35,854 nt of DNA from Verrucomicrobiota bacterium (lineage in GTDB: Bacteria; Verrucomicrobiota; Lentisphaeria; Lentisphaerales; Lentisphaeraceae). Under the pieces are notes generated by a model. It was not told the origin of the DNA, did no database searches, and saw nothing but the letters and a program-made list of their open reading frames with translations. The stretch is from the NCBI GenBank assembly GCA_039798785.1, contig JBDKFG010000054.1:1-35854 (forward strand), given 5' to 3'. A program made the position numbers and the translations under genes. Below are positions 1 to 8,112 of this stretch, in pieces; the stretch's first letter is position 1; each line of letters begins with the position of its first letter.

Positions 1-15
1 GCGCTAAGCTCCGGC

Positions 16-321
16 ATGCAAAAACGCCTGATTCACCACCTCCTCTTGCTCCTGGCCCTGATTTTCGGGCCCGCCGCTGCCGCATCCCCCGCTGCCGCCT
101 CCCAGGCGACTGATCTCCCGGCGATCAAATCGTCACATCTCATTCATTTAAAATCTATTGAGCAAGTCCGACTAGCAGGAATTCCCGCCCCCCAGGCGAC
201 TGATCTCGCGGCGATCAAATCGTCACATCTCATTCATTTAAAATCTATTGAACAAGTCCGACTAGCAGGAATTAGTCCGCCCTGCGCAGCGCGTCCCGAG
301 CTTCGCCCCGTCGAAGCCTAA
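16..321 (+). CDS. Small hypothetical protein with a hydrophobic/signal-peptide N-terminus and an internally duplicated 30-aa unit
   Basis: MQKRLIHHLLLLLALIFGPAAAA resembles a signal peptide, and QATDL.AIKSSHLIHLKSIEQVRLAGI occurs twice in frame. Coding status is unproven. Confidence 0.4.
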   Translation: MQKRLIHHLLLLLALIFGPAAAASPAAASQATDLPAIKSSHLIHLKSIEQVRLAGIPAPQATDLAAIKSSHLIHLKSIEQVRLAGISPPCAARPELRPVEA

Positions 322-341
322 ACTGAATCATTCCGCCCTCG

Positions 342-367
342 AAAAAAGCCCGGTCCCGCGACCGGGC
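342..367 (-). terminator. Intrinsic terminator for a minus-strand transcript
   Basis: On the + strand, AAAAAA is followed by the perfect 8-bp stem gcccggtc-ccgc-gaccgggc. Read on the minus strand, this is a hairpin followed by U6. Confidence 0.6.
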
Positions 368-418
368 GCGGAGCTTGATCGCAAGTGGCATTTTTTGCGC
401 CTCGCGCTAAGCTTCGGC

Positions 419-595
419 ATGCAAAAACGCCTGATTCACCACCTGCTTCTGGTCTTGGCCCTGATTTTCGGGCCCGCCGCTGCCGCATCCCCCGCTGCCG
501 CCCCCCAGGCGACTGATCTCGCGGCGATAAAATCGTCACATCTCATTCATTTAAAATCTATTGAGCAAGTCCGACTTGCAGGAATTGTTCTTTAA
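419..595 (+). CDS. Small hypothetical protein (58 aa), paralog of 16-321
   Basis: The ATG at 419 corresponds to the ATG at 16. A -10-like TAAGCT lies 5 nt upstream and there is no SD, so the transcript may be leaderless. Most differences from copy 1 are synonymous or conservative. Confidence 0.4.
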   Translation: MQKRLIHHLLLVLALIFGPAAAASPAAAPQATDLAAIKSSHLIHLKSIEQVRLAGIVL

Positions 596-633
596 AAAAC
601 AGTCAGGTAAATAATTTCAACATGAGTCGCAAC

Positions 634-1737
634 ATGAAATACCTCCCCTCATTCCTAGCTCTTCTAGTCCTTGCTTCTTGCGGTGAAAAGGCAGACACGC
701 CTGCCATCCCCCCCGCAGAGCCGACTAAGCCAACAAAAGCCGTTGATCCCGTAGTGCCTCTGCCAAAGCAAGAAGTCGCCACAGTCAAGCCAAAAGCACA
801 GGAGACGCCCCCCGCGCCTCCAGCGGCCCCAGCGCGTCACCCTCTCTATACTTTGGAAAAAGCTCAGGAATGTGACAACCTCTACCAATTAAAGCTGCAT
901 GAAGCCTTAGATCCCAAATGCTTGGACAGCAACTTAGAAGGGCTTGTAAGAGTCTGTTTGGGTGACCATTCCGTTGATGTTTATTCCTATTTGGCCGAAA
1001 AGTATTCAGGTCGGCCAGAGTTTAATCAACAGCTCAAGACAATTTGTGCTCTAAAGTACCGTGCCTTGGATACATCAAAATTTGATGAGGAGGATAAATT
1101 TTTCAAAAAAAACATTCGGTATTCCAAGGATAAAAGCATTGCCTATTTCGTTTACAAATACAACAAATATAAAATTAAAACCAATCCAAACTCCATGCCA
1201 GATTATGCCAATGTCTTTTTTAATATCCTAAGAAAAAGAAATAAAGCATACGATGACAATGATTTGCTCTTAGTGAAATTCCTTATGTCCAAAGGACATC
1301 AATTTAACACCTTTCAATTTAGCGATGACCGCAACAATCCCAAGCTGAAAACTTGGTCTGGCGGTCTAACTCCCTTGGATGTCGCCATGGCTTATGAAAC
1401 TGAGGGCACAGCGATGCAGGATCTTCTACGTGAATACGGCGCTCGGACGATGCGGGAACTTTTGGATGACCCAAGAACTCCGCGTGAATCTCCAATTGAA
1501 AATCAAGAAAGCTACCGGCTCCAAAACAAAGTCTGCATTCCCTACACTTACGAACAGAAGCCCGATCCAAAAGCGGTGGCCAAATACGCTGCAGAGGTGC
1601 AGGCTTGGGTAGATTATTACGAGAAAGGCGGATTCGCCAAGGACCGGGCCGCACGCGAAGAAGCCGCCAAGGCTGAATACGATTTCCTGGTCAGCAAGGG
1701 GATGAAGACTGTGGCGCCGGGAACCTTAAATAAATAA
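634..1737 (+). CDS. Lipoprotein with Pro-rich linker and ankyrin-like repeat segment
   Basis: Lipobox in MKYLPSFLALLVLAS-C, followed by a Pro/Ala-rich linker. Ankyrin-like motifs: 'LVKFLMSKG..FN' and 'GLTPLDVA...DLLREYGA'. AT-richer than the core genes. Alternative start at 622. Confidence 0.75.
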   Translation: MKYLPSFLALLVLASCGEKADTPAIPPAEPTKPTKAVDPVVPLPKQEVATVKPKAQETPPAPPAAPARHPLYTLEKAQECDNLYQLKLHEALDPKCLDSNLEGLVRVCLGDHSVDVYSYLAEKYSGRPEFNQQLKTICALKYRALDTSKFDEEDKFFKKNIRYSKDKSIAYFVYKYNKYKIKTNPNSMPDYANVFFNILRKRNKAYDDNDLLLVKFLMSKGHQFNTFQFSDDRNNPKLKTWSGGLTPLDVAMAYETEGTAMQDLLREYGARTMRELLDDPRTPRESPIENQESYRLQNKVCIPYTYEQKPDPKAVAKYAAEVQAWVDYYEKGGFAKDRAAREEAAKAEYDFLVSKGMKTVAPGTLNK

Positions 1738-1754
1738 GAATAGGCAAATAAGCT

Positions 1755-1797
1755 GGCATCCACAAACCCGACAACAATCTTCGGGTTTTGTGATGCT
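1755..1797. other. Imperfect intergenic hairpin (possible terminator or processing stem)
   Basis: ggcatccacaaacccga-caacaatct-tcgggttttgtgatgct, with single-base bulges in the stem. Confidence 0.5.
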
Positions 1798-1814
1798 GGC
1801 CCTACGGAACGATC

Positions 1815-3428
1815 ATGAAACTTCTTCTCTCCACTAGCCTTATTTTTACTGTCTTGGATCATCAGGACCTTCCCCGAGTGCTGAGAATCGTCGCACCTGC
1901 GACTGCTGCAGACATCCCTCATCCTTCTGGATTGAGTTGGTCAGCGAAGGAGTCGACTCAACAAATGACTCCTCAGATGGAAGCCACTCGGCAAAAAATC
2001 CTTCAAGCACTTCTGAAGAACTTGGATAAAAAGCTGGAATCTGGCTATTTTAACAATCCCGTGGAAAGCTCGGTATTGGGCTTAGTTTTGCTTTCTCAAG
2101 ATGCTAGTTTTAGTCGTGGGCCTCAAAAAGATAATTTGAAAAGAATTTTTGAAAGTATTCAGGAAGATTTCCAAAGAGAATTACCTGAAGGCGCTTACTC
2201 ACTTAAGGTGTGGTCGCTCGCTTATAGCGTTTTATTTTTAAGCGAGCTTTCGAAAACAGCATCTGCAGAAGATCGGGCCCGTATAGATACCGAACTGATG
2301 CAGCGGATGAACGAGCTGGCGCTTTGCCAAAACCCTCAAAATGGCGGTTGGGGGCATCATCCCAAGCGAATTCCGACACCGAATGGTCACTACAGTGATT
2401 TTGCGGTGATCTCCGCCTTGTGCCTTGCCGCATTCTTACGCGCCGAGGATAATGGCTACTCTGTTGATCCAGAAATCAGTAAAAAAGGATTTGATTACTT
2501 GGAGGCAGTGATTCAACCGAATGGCGCGCCGAAATACAATCCTTCCCAAAATGTTGGCGTAGGCGAAGACACTGAGGGAGCCCCCCGTGGTGCCATGGTG
2601 ATGTGGCCTTTTAGCTTGGAAGGCAAAAAAGGGCGAGACAGGCGAGCCTTGTACTCATACTTGAAAAAATGTAAAAGTTATGCAGGAGGCCACGGCCACT
2701 GCGCCTTGGGCTTGGCTCATGCCTCCCTGATGTTTGCGCAAAACGGTGACTATGGCCATCTCTGGAAACTCCATGGCAAGTGGCTTGAAGAGAATCAGTT
2801 GCCGGATGGTCGGATTCGCCCCTTGCCAGCGGGCGCCAGAATGCCGACTCAAGATAGTGACGATGATCTTCTGCAAATCTTTTACGCATTGACCCTTTCT
2901 GCACCCCAAATGCCTTGGATCAAAAAAGATTCGCCCGCAGCCTCTGAACATCCACTGGCGATGGTTCAAAATGCCTCGGCACTAAAGGACAATGATTCAG
3001 AAATTGCGATCAAAGACATTTCTGAACTGACGGATCTGGATCGAACTTCACTAACTTCTAAAATTAATAAAATTTTTGACGCTTGTGCATTGAGGAATAT
3101 GAAAACTAAAAAATGGCCTGATTCAATAGGCAAAATACTTAATGTATACATTCGGAATGATCGCTCATTCCCTTCCCAATCCAAAGATAAAATAAACTTG
3201 TCAATTGCCCCTATTGCACTCTCTGGAATCAGCTTAAAACTGCAACTTGTAGATGCCAATTTAAAAGCTATCGGATCCCCGCAAGTGGTGACATTGAAAA
3301 GCTCCACTTGGTCACGCATAAGTTTAATTCGCCCCTCCAAAATGAAGGGGCAGAGTCTTCAAATCACCGGCTCCTTTAAAAATCTGAGCTTTCCGGTTAA
3401 GATACCAGAAAACTTTTTTGATGAATAA
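1815..3428 (+). CDS. Prenyltransferase/squalene-oxidase (QW) repeat alpha/alpha-barrel protein with a C-terminal beta-rich domain
   Basis: QW-like repeats LALCQNPQNGGWG, KGFDYLEAVIQPNG and KWLEENQLPDG. AT-rich codon usage. Confidence 0.7.
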   Translation: MKLLLSTSLIFTVLDHQDLPRVLRIVAPATAADIPHPSGLSWSAKESTQQMTPQMEATRQKILQALLKNLDKKLESGYFNNPVESSVLGLVLLSQDASFSRGPQKDNLKRIFESIQEDFQRELPEGAYSLKVWSLAYSVLFLSELSKTASAEDRARIDTELMQRMNELALCQNPQNGGWGHHPKRIPTPNGHYSDFAVISALCLAAFLRAEDNGYSVDPEISKKGFDYLEAVIQPNGAPKYNPSQNVGVGEDTEGAPRGAMVMWPFSLEGKKGRDRRALYSYLKKCKSYAGGHGHCALGLAHASLMFAQNGDYGHLWKLHGKWLEENQLPDGRIRPLPAGARMPTQDSDDDLLQIFYALTLSAPQMPWIKKDSPAASEHPLAMVQNASALKDNDSEIAIKDISELTDLDRTSLTSKINKIFDACALRNMKTKKWPDSIGKILNVYIRNDRSFPSQSKDKINLSIAPIALSGISLKLQLVDANLKAIGSPQVVTLKSSTWSRISLIRPSKMKGQSLQITGSFKNLSFPVKIPENFFDE

Positions 3429-3449
3429 CACCCGCGATTCGGCCCAAGT

Positions 3450-3600
3450 GAGCTCCTCAAGACCCGCGCCCGGACCAACCTGGTGCAGAGCAAATACCTG
3501 CTCTAAATGCTCGAAGCCTCGATCCGCAATACCGAAAAACCAACCTCAGGGGAATGGATTTCTGCCGAAGTCATCGAGCAGTTTATCCGCGAATGGAAGA
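3450..3600 (+). pseudogene. Degraded fragment resembling the C-terminal domain (DUF3387-like) of type I restriction endonuclease HsdR
   Basis: The frame starting at 3450 reads ELLKTRARTNLVQSKYLL*MLEASIRN...ISAEVIEQFI. This resembles the HsdR C-terminal pattern as I recall it (KTRxxTNLVQSxxFxEMLExSIxxY...AxVIEELI) and carries an in-frame stop. Confidence 0.6.
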
Positions 3601-3879
3601 GCAGAGCCCTATGGGGATTGAGAAATTAGGACTCCAAGCTGGTGACGCGGCCAACGTGGCTCGAGCTTCCAGCTGTTCATTTTCGAATCTATCTAGAATA
3701 CACAGGTTGTGAGATCGAAAGATCTCCGCACAAGTCAGGGACGACGAAATACTTGATGAGCCACGCGAATCCAAGATGCCTCATGAGGCATGCAGGGAAC
3801 TCCTGCAAAAAAGCTTCCGGTCTGGATTCTTCCGAATTCTGCCGCTCGCCCCCTTGCGGGTCGCACAGCGCCTGCCGCT

Positions 3880-4794
3880 TCAGCTGCGAGGATTTGAGAC
3901 GTATTTGCCGCCAGGCGGGTAGAGCCCTTGGCAGATCCGGACCAGTTGCATTGCCGCTGCGGGCAGTTCGGCGTCGGCCAGGTGCCAGGCGTGGAATTGC
4001 CGGCGTCGCGGGACTTTCCCGATTGGGATCGCCCGGAGATGGCCGTGAGCGACTTCCCGAGCGACAGCCTTCTCCGAGATCACGGCCAGGCCTATGCCGT
4101 CTTCGACGCTGGCTTTGACCGCTTCGTTGCTGGAGTTGCGCAAGGGATGGAGGATCAGCCCGCTCTCCTTGTGCAGCTCGTTCAGGATCGCGGTCATTCC
4201 CGCGCCGAGCTCGTACTGCAGGAAGATCTCGCCGCGGAGATCGGCGGGTTCGACATATTTGAGTTTCGCCAGCCGATGTCCGGGAGGGCAGATCAACATC
4301 ACTTTCTCCTCGGCCACTTCGATACTTTTCAGGCGCGGATGTTTTGCCGGATGAGTGGCGAAGGCGAACTGCGCCATGCCGCGAAGAAGATTGCGTTCGA
4401 GATCGCCGGTCGCGGTGATCAGCACCTCCACCGAAACCTCCGGCGCCTGGCGGCTGAACGAGCGCAGCACGGCCGGCAGGAAATAGTCGCCGAAGGTGGC
4501 GCCGCTAAGGAGGCGGAGCACCAGTCCCTGCTGGCTGCGCAGTTGCGCCACCCGCTCCTCAATCCGCTCCTCCTGCAGGAACAATTCGTCGGCAAGCAAG
4601 GCGATCTGCTGGCCGGCGGCGGAGAGGAGCAGTCGCCCCTTGTAACGGTCGAAGAGGGAGATGCCCAGCTCCTTTTCCAGTCGGTTCAGTGCCTGGCTCA
4701 CCGCTGGCTGGCTGATCTCCAGCTTGGTCGCGGCGTTCGAGACCCCGCCCTCCCCCGCAACAGCATGCAGGATGCGCAAAAGATTTAGATTCAT
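3880..4794 (-). CDS. LysR-family transcriptional regulator (CysL-like)
   Basis: N-terminal HTH 'GGVSNAATKLEISQPAVSQALNRLEKELGISLFDR'. Substrate-binding domain with 'SNEAVKASVEDGIGLAVIS'. Confidence 0.95.
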   Translation of the reverse strand: MNLNLLRILHAVAGEGGVSNAATKLEISQPAVSQALNRLEKELGISLFDRYKGRLLLSAAGQQIALLADELFLQEERIEERVAQLRSQQGLVLRLLSGATFGDYFLPAVLRSFSRQAPEVSVEVLITATGDLERNLLRGMAQFAFATHPAKHPRLKSIEVAEEKVMLICPPGHRLAKLKYVEPADLRGEIFLQYELGAGMTAILNELHKESGLILHPLRNSSNEAVKASVEDGIGLAVISEKAVAREVAHGHLRAIPIGKVPRRRQFHAWHLADAELPAAAMQLVRICQGLYPPGGKYVSNPRS

Positions 4795-4847
4795 GTGTAA
4801 GCCCCTCTCGTTTGTCAGTGACTAGACATCCGCAATCACGTGGCGCC

Positions 4848-4862
4848 ATAATCCATGGTTAT
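4848..4862. promoter_or_regulatory. LysR-type binding site (ATAA-N7-TTAT, T-N11-A)
   Basis: The palindrome ataa-tccatgg-ttat lies in the divergent intergenic region between the LysR gene and the prepilin-type gene. Confidence 0.7.
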
Positions 4863-4935
4863 ATGATATAGGAAATCCTGTGTTTGGTTTTTGTCGGCCG
4901 GGATAGCCTTTCTTGCAAGCAACCGGAGAAATCTC

Positions 4936-5649
4936 ATGACCAGACGATTCACCTTGATCGAATTGCTGATGGTGATCTGCCTCATCCTGATCTTGGCGTC
5001 CCTGCTCTTCCCCTCCTTCAAGAAGGCGCGTCAGCTTGCCAGCTTGGCAGTGTGCTCCAGCAACATGAAGCAGGTGCACCAGCTGAAGTCGATCTACCTG
5101 AGCAACAACAAACAGGCATTTTACGAAGGCCAGAATTCGGTTCTGAACTGGTTCGGGATCAACGGCAAACGGACCTTCTACCACACCGGGCCTAATGAAG
5201 TCCGCAATCGCCCCTTGAACAGCTATCTCAACATCCCCCTCGATGATTCGACCGAGGTCAAGGCTTATCAATGCCCCTCGAGCAAGAAGGGGTATTACCG
5301 CAACGAAGGTTCTGACTATGTCGCCAACATCATGTGGAGCTATGGCACGCCTCGCCCGGCGAAAAAAGTTCTCGGCAAGGAATTGTGCCCGACCATGGAC
5401 CGCGTCGTCTCGCCCAGTGCCACAGCCATGATCGAGGAAGATGTCGCCTTTGACATCTCGGTAGGCATCGTCACCGGCACCACTGCCTACGGCGAAAGCA
5501 TCTTCTGGCACAGCAAGCCCGGCGATTACCGATGGAACATGGTCTTCGTCGATGGCTCCCGTCAAGCTCTGATGCCGGTGGGATTGGGAATCCACACCGT
5601 CTCTGAAGGCGGCTTGCGCTACACCTACGACGCTACCTTGGCGCCTTGA
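4936..5649 (+). CDS. Prepilin-type N-terminal cleavage/methylation domain protein with an H-X9-DG-like C-terminal motif (PVC type)
   Basis: MTRRFTLIELLMVICLILILASLLFP...KAR...C.SNMKQ at the N-terminus and WH...NMVFVDGS at the C-terminus. A GGAG SD precedes ATG 4936. Confidence 0.9.
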   Translation: MTRRFTLIELLMVICLILILASLLFPSFKKARQLASLAVCSSNMKQVHQLKSIYLSNNKQAFYEGQNSVLNWFGINGKRTFYHTGPNEVRNRPLNSYLNIPLDDSTEVKAYQCPSSKKGYYRNEGSDYVANIMWSYGTPRPAKKVLGKELCPTMDRVVSPSATAMIEEDVAFDISVGIVTGTTAYGESIFWHSKPGDYRWNMVFVDGSRQALMPVGLGIHTVSEGGLRYTYDATLAP

Positions 5650-5651
5650 GC

Positions 5652-6431
5652 ATGAGCGTCGTCCTGCAAATCCTGGCCCTCGGCCTGATCCTGTACGCCT
5701 GGCGGCACCGCCGCAGCCCGGAAAAACGTCTCGTCACAGGCTCTGCGCTAGCCCTGGCGGCAGGCCTCGGCCTGCTGGCGGTTTTCGTTGAACGGAAAGC
5801 CGAGGAATCCGCCTCCGCTGCCACCGTGCAGCGCACTGAGCGGATCTTCCAGCTCCATGGCCAGTGCATCGCCAGCGAATGCCGAAAGGATTTTCCCGGC
5901 GACAAATCCATCCTTGTCGTCCTCCCTCCCGTCGATGACAACAACAGGATGCGACTGCATTGCGTCGAGGCCGGCCTTCGCCGCGTCTGGGGTGATGCAG
6001 CGACCCTCAAGCTGGTCAGCATTGCCAATCCCGCTGTCACCAGCTCAGGCAAAAATCTGCAATGGATGGATTTGAAGAATATTCTCGAAGCCGAGAAGTC
6101 AGCCCAGACCTTGATTCTGCTCTGTCCCCTCCCAGTGTGCGACAGCCCCGACGCCGTCTCGGAGGGATTGCGTAAATTGCGGGCCGGCCGCAGCGCTCCC
6201 TTGCACATCGTCGGCACTTGGGCCTATGTCGACCCCCTTGCCCCGGTTCTTGAACAGAAGGACATAGATCTTCTCGTGCTGATCGGCACACGCGACGTCT
6301 CGGCGGAGCTTCCGGCGGATGACCAAGCGGCCATCTCCAAACGCTTCATCGCCTTGCGCCCCTCCAATCTCGACGAAATGAACCGGAAATTCCCCGAGCT
6401 CAACATCTACGAAAGAGAGATGGCGCCTTGA
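5652..6431 (+). CDS. Hypothetical membrane-anchored protein
   Basis: Two N-terminal hydrophobic segments are followed by a soluble alpha/beta domain. It starts 2 nt after the prepilin stop, suggesting an operon. Confidence 0.75.
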   Translation: MSVVLQILALGLILYAWRHRRSPEKRLVTGSALALAAGLGLLAVFVERKAEESASAATVQRTERIFQLHGQCIASECRKDFPGDKSILVVLPPVDDNNRMRLHCVEAGLRRVWGDAATLKLVSIANPAVTSSGKNLQWMDLKNILEAEKSAQTLILLCPLPVCDSPDAVSEGLRKLRAGRSAPLHIVGTWAYVDPLAPVLEQKDIDLLVLIGTRDVSAELPADDQAAISKRFIALRPSNLDEMNRKFPELNIYEREMAP

Positions 6432-6799
6432 AGCCGCTTCGCGGCCCGCCTCATGCTTTCATATCAGGCAGGAAAGGGAGGCCTCGTCGACTCGCTTCGG
6501 GGAGGGCAGGTATGCCCCCAAAAGGTGCCCCTAGGGCTTGGGTTTGGCACTTAGGGCGCGAGAACGACCCCGAAAGGTGCCGGGCACCTAGGGCCGGGGC
6601 ACCTAGGGCCGCAAAACTCCAGGAACCGGCCATCGCTTCTAGGCGCTTTTTGCTTCCGAAGCAAGGGCAACAGCACGCAAACAATCCATTTTTTCTAAAT
6701 TTCCGAAAGCTAAGAAGCTCTTCCCAACTGGGACCTCCCCCCTGTTGTCAGTTATCCTTGAGATTGGAACGAGCTCGCTTCTACTCGCGCTTGTCATCG

Positions 6800-7702
6800 C
6801 TATTTTGATTGAGTGTCTTTCAGGCGTTCGCGGATCTCGTTCCTAGCCTTATCGTAGGCAGCTTGCTCTTCTTCGTTGAGCTTGCCGTCGCCGTCCTTAT
6901 CGAATGCCTTCTGGGTCGCGGCCTTACGAGCAGCCAGACGTTCGCGGATATCGTTCATAGACTTATCGCAAGCAGCTTGCTCCTCTTCGTTGAGCTTGCC
7001 GTCGCCGTCTTTATCGAATTTCTTGATGTTCCGGGCGTCCCGGTCTTCTTTGATGAAGGCCTGAGCCTTGTCGTAGGCGAGCTGCTCCTCGGGGTTGACC
7101 TTGCCATCGCCATTGCCATCGAGCTGCAGCGCTTTGGCGGCTTTCACCTGACGGAAGCGTTCCATGCTCGCCGCCAGTTCCTTGTCAGCCGCGTCAGAAC
7201 GCGCTTGGCGAGCGGCGCTCTCGGCTTTAGAGGCGGCATCGACCTGCGACTCTTCCTCGGGAGTCACCTGGCCGTCTTTATTGAGGTCGTATTGTTTGAG
7301 TTTCAGCTGAAGCGCCGTCGCATTAAGGTCTGCTACGAGAGCGGCATATTCACGGTCGCTCAACTTGCCGTCGTGGTCGCTGTCGTATTTTTTAAGACGC
7401 TCAGCATCACGGGCATCCAGGCAGTCATTTCGGTCTTTGTAAAAAGCTTGGCGCTCCTGATTGTTGAGTTTTCCATCATGATCCAGATCAAAGACCAGGG
7501 TCGAGTCCATGAATCTTTTCTTGTTGCTTGGATAAGCCTCGGCGGATGCGGCTACCGAGCGGAGCTCCATCGGAGAAAGCTGGCCATTCTTGTCAAAGTC
7601 AAACTCCAGTGCATACATATCCTCCGGGCTCAGCAGGCGTTCCCCCGGAGCGGCGGGGGCGACGGGGGCGAAGTGCAGCGCGAAAATCAAGGGTAAAATC
7701 AT
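6800..7702 (-). CDS. Secreted EF-hand repeat (calcium-binding) protein
   Basis: Signal peptide, then seven Dx[DN]x[DN]G loops (for example FDKDGDGKLNEEE twice). The DNA at 6858-6904 repeats at 6972-7018. Confidence 0.9.
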   Translation of the reverse strand: MILPLIFALHFAPVAPAAPGERLLSPEDMYALEFDFDKNGQLSPMELRSVAASAEAYPSNKKRFMDSTLVFDLDHDGKLNNQERQAFYKDRNDCLDARDAERLKKYDSDHDGKLSDREYAALVADLNATALQLKLKQYDLNKDGQVTPEEESQVDAASKAESAARQARSDAADKELAASMERFRQVKAAKALQLDGNGDGKVNPEEQLAYDKAQAFIKEDRDARNIKKFDKDGDGKLNEEEQAACDKSMNDIRERLAARKAATQKAFDKDGDGKLNEEEQAAYDKARNEIRERLKDTQSK

Positions 7703-7938
7703 GGGCGATCCTGTTGTCTTGTTGTTAACGAGTTATCTGAGAATCCAACGGGCAGCTTGATCCGGATACCCACTGTAACAGTCACGGCAGAATGATCAAA
7801 TTGCGGGGGTTGCGGGGGGGGGCTTGGTAAAAATACAGAATAGGCAGGGCACTGTCCCAGCCCCCTGTTATTGATTGGCACCTTCGGAGCGCAAGACGCC
7901 GCTCTGCAGGACAGGCCAGCCGCTCAGCTAGGCTGATC

Positions 7939-8104
7939 AATCCCGTGGCTTCACGAGTGTCGCAGCTTGACCTTCCAAGCTTTCACCCTGTGGAACTTAG
8001 GATCAAGCATGAGAAGGCAGAATAAGGCCGTCACAGCCTGCGACCTCGCTTCGCGTCTTCAAAAATCCTAGGAGGCTGGACCGACAAGGCAGGGCCACGG
8101 AGCA
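7939..8104 (-). ncRNA. ssrS: Probable 6S RNA
   Basis: About 165 nt of intergenic rod-like structure: terminal stem ccgtggc/gccacgg, then nested pairings tgtcg/cgaca, cagc/gctg and ctaggat/atcctaa. The minus-strand motifs 'cggtccagcctcctag' and 'cttgatcctaagttcca' resemble the 6S motifs 'cgggccagtcccctgag' and 'cttgaacc..gggttcaa' as I recall them. Confidence 0.6.
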
Positions 8105-8112
8105 ACGACCTT

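Larger units (their letters stand above)
1..586 (+). repeat. Nested direct-repeat array: a 183-bp block (1-183, repeated at 404-586) containing an 83-bp unit present three times (101-183, 191-273, 504-586)
   Basis: The unit cccaggcgactgatctc.cggcgat.aaatcgtcacatctcattcatttaaaatctattga.caagtccgact.gcaggaatt can be read directly three times. The gcgctaagct..cggcatgcaaaaacgcctgattcaccacc leader occurs at 1 and at 404. The array may extend left of the window. Confidence 0.95.

Noticed and set aside
101..586. CRISPR array interpretation of the three 83-bp repeats
   Set aside because: The repeats are too long, the spacers are 7 and 230 bp, and no cas genes are present.
3776..3812. Palindrome atgcctcatgaggcat and hairpin tgcagg-gaact-cctgca followed by an A run
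   Set aside because: The A tract is on the wrong side for an intrinsic terminator on either strand, and there is no other support for a function.
4819..4828. Possible second HutC box (TGACTAGACA) upstream of the LysR gene
   Set aside because: It has a mismatch in a conserved position, and a near-match to a 10-mer could arise by chance.
6428..6808. 126-aa ORF in the convergent intergenic region
   Set aside because: TTG start, low-complexity Arg/Pro/Gly content, and no motif or codon-bias support.
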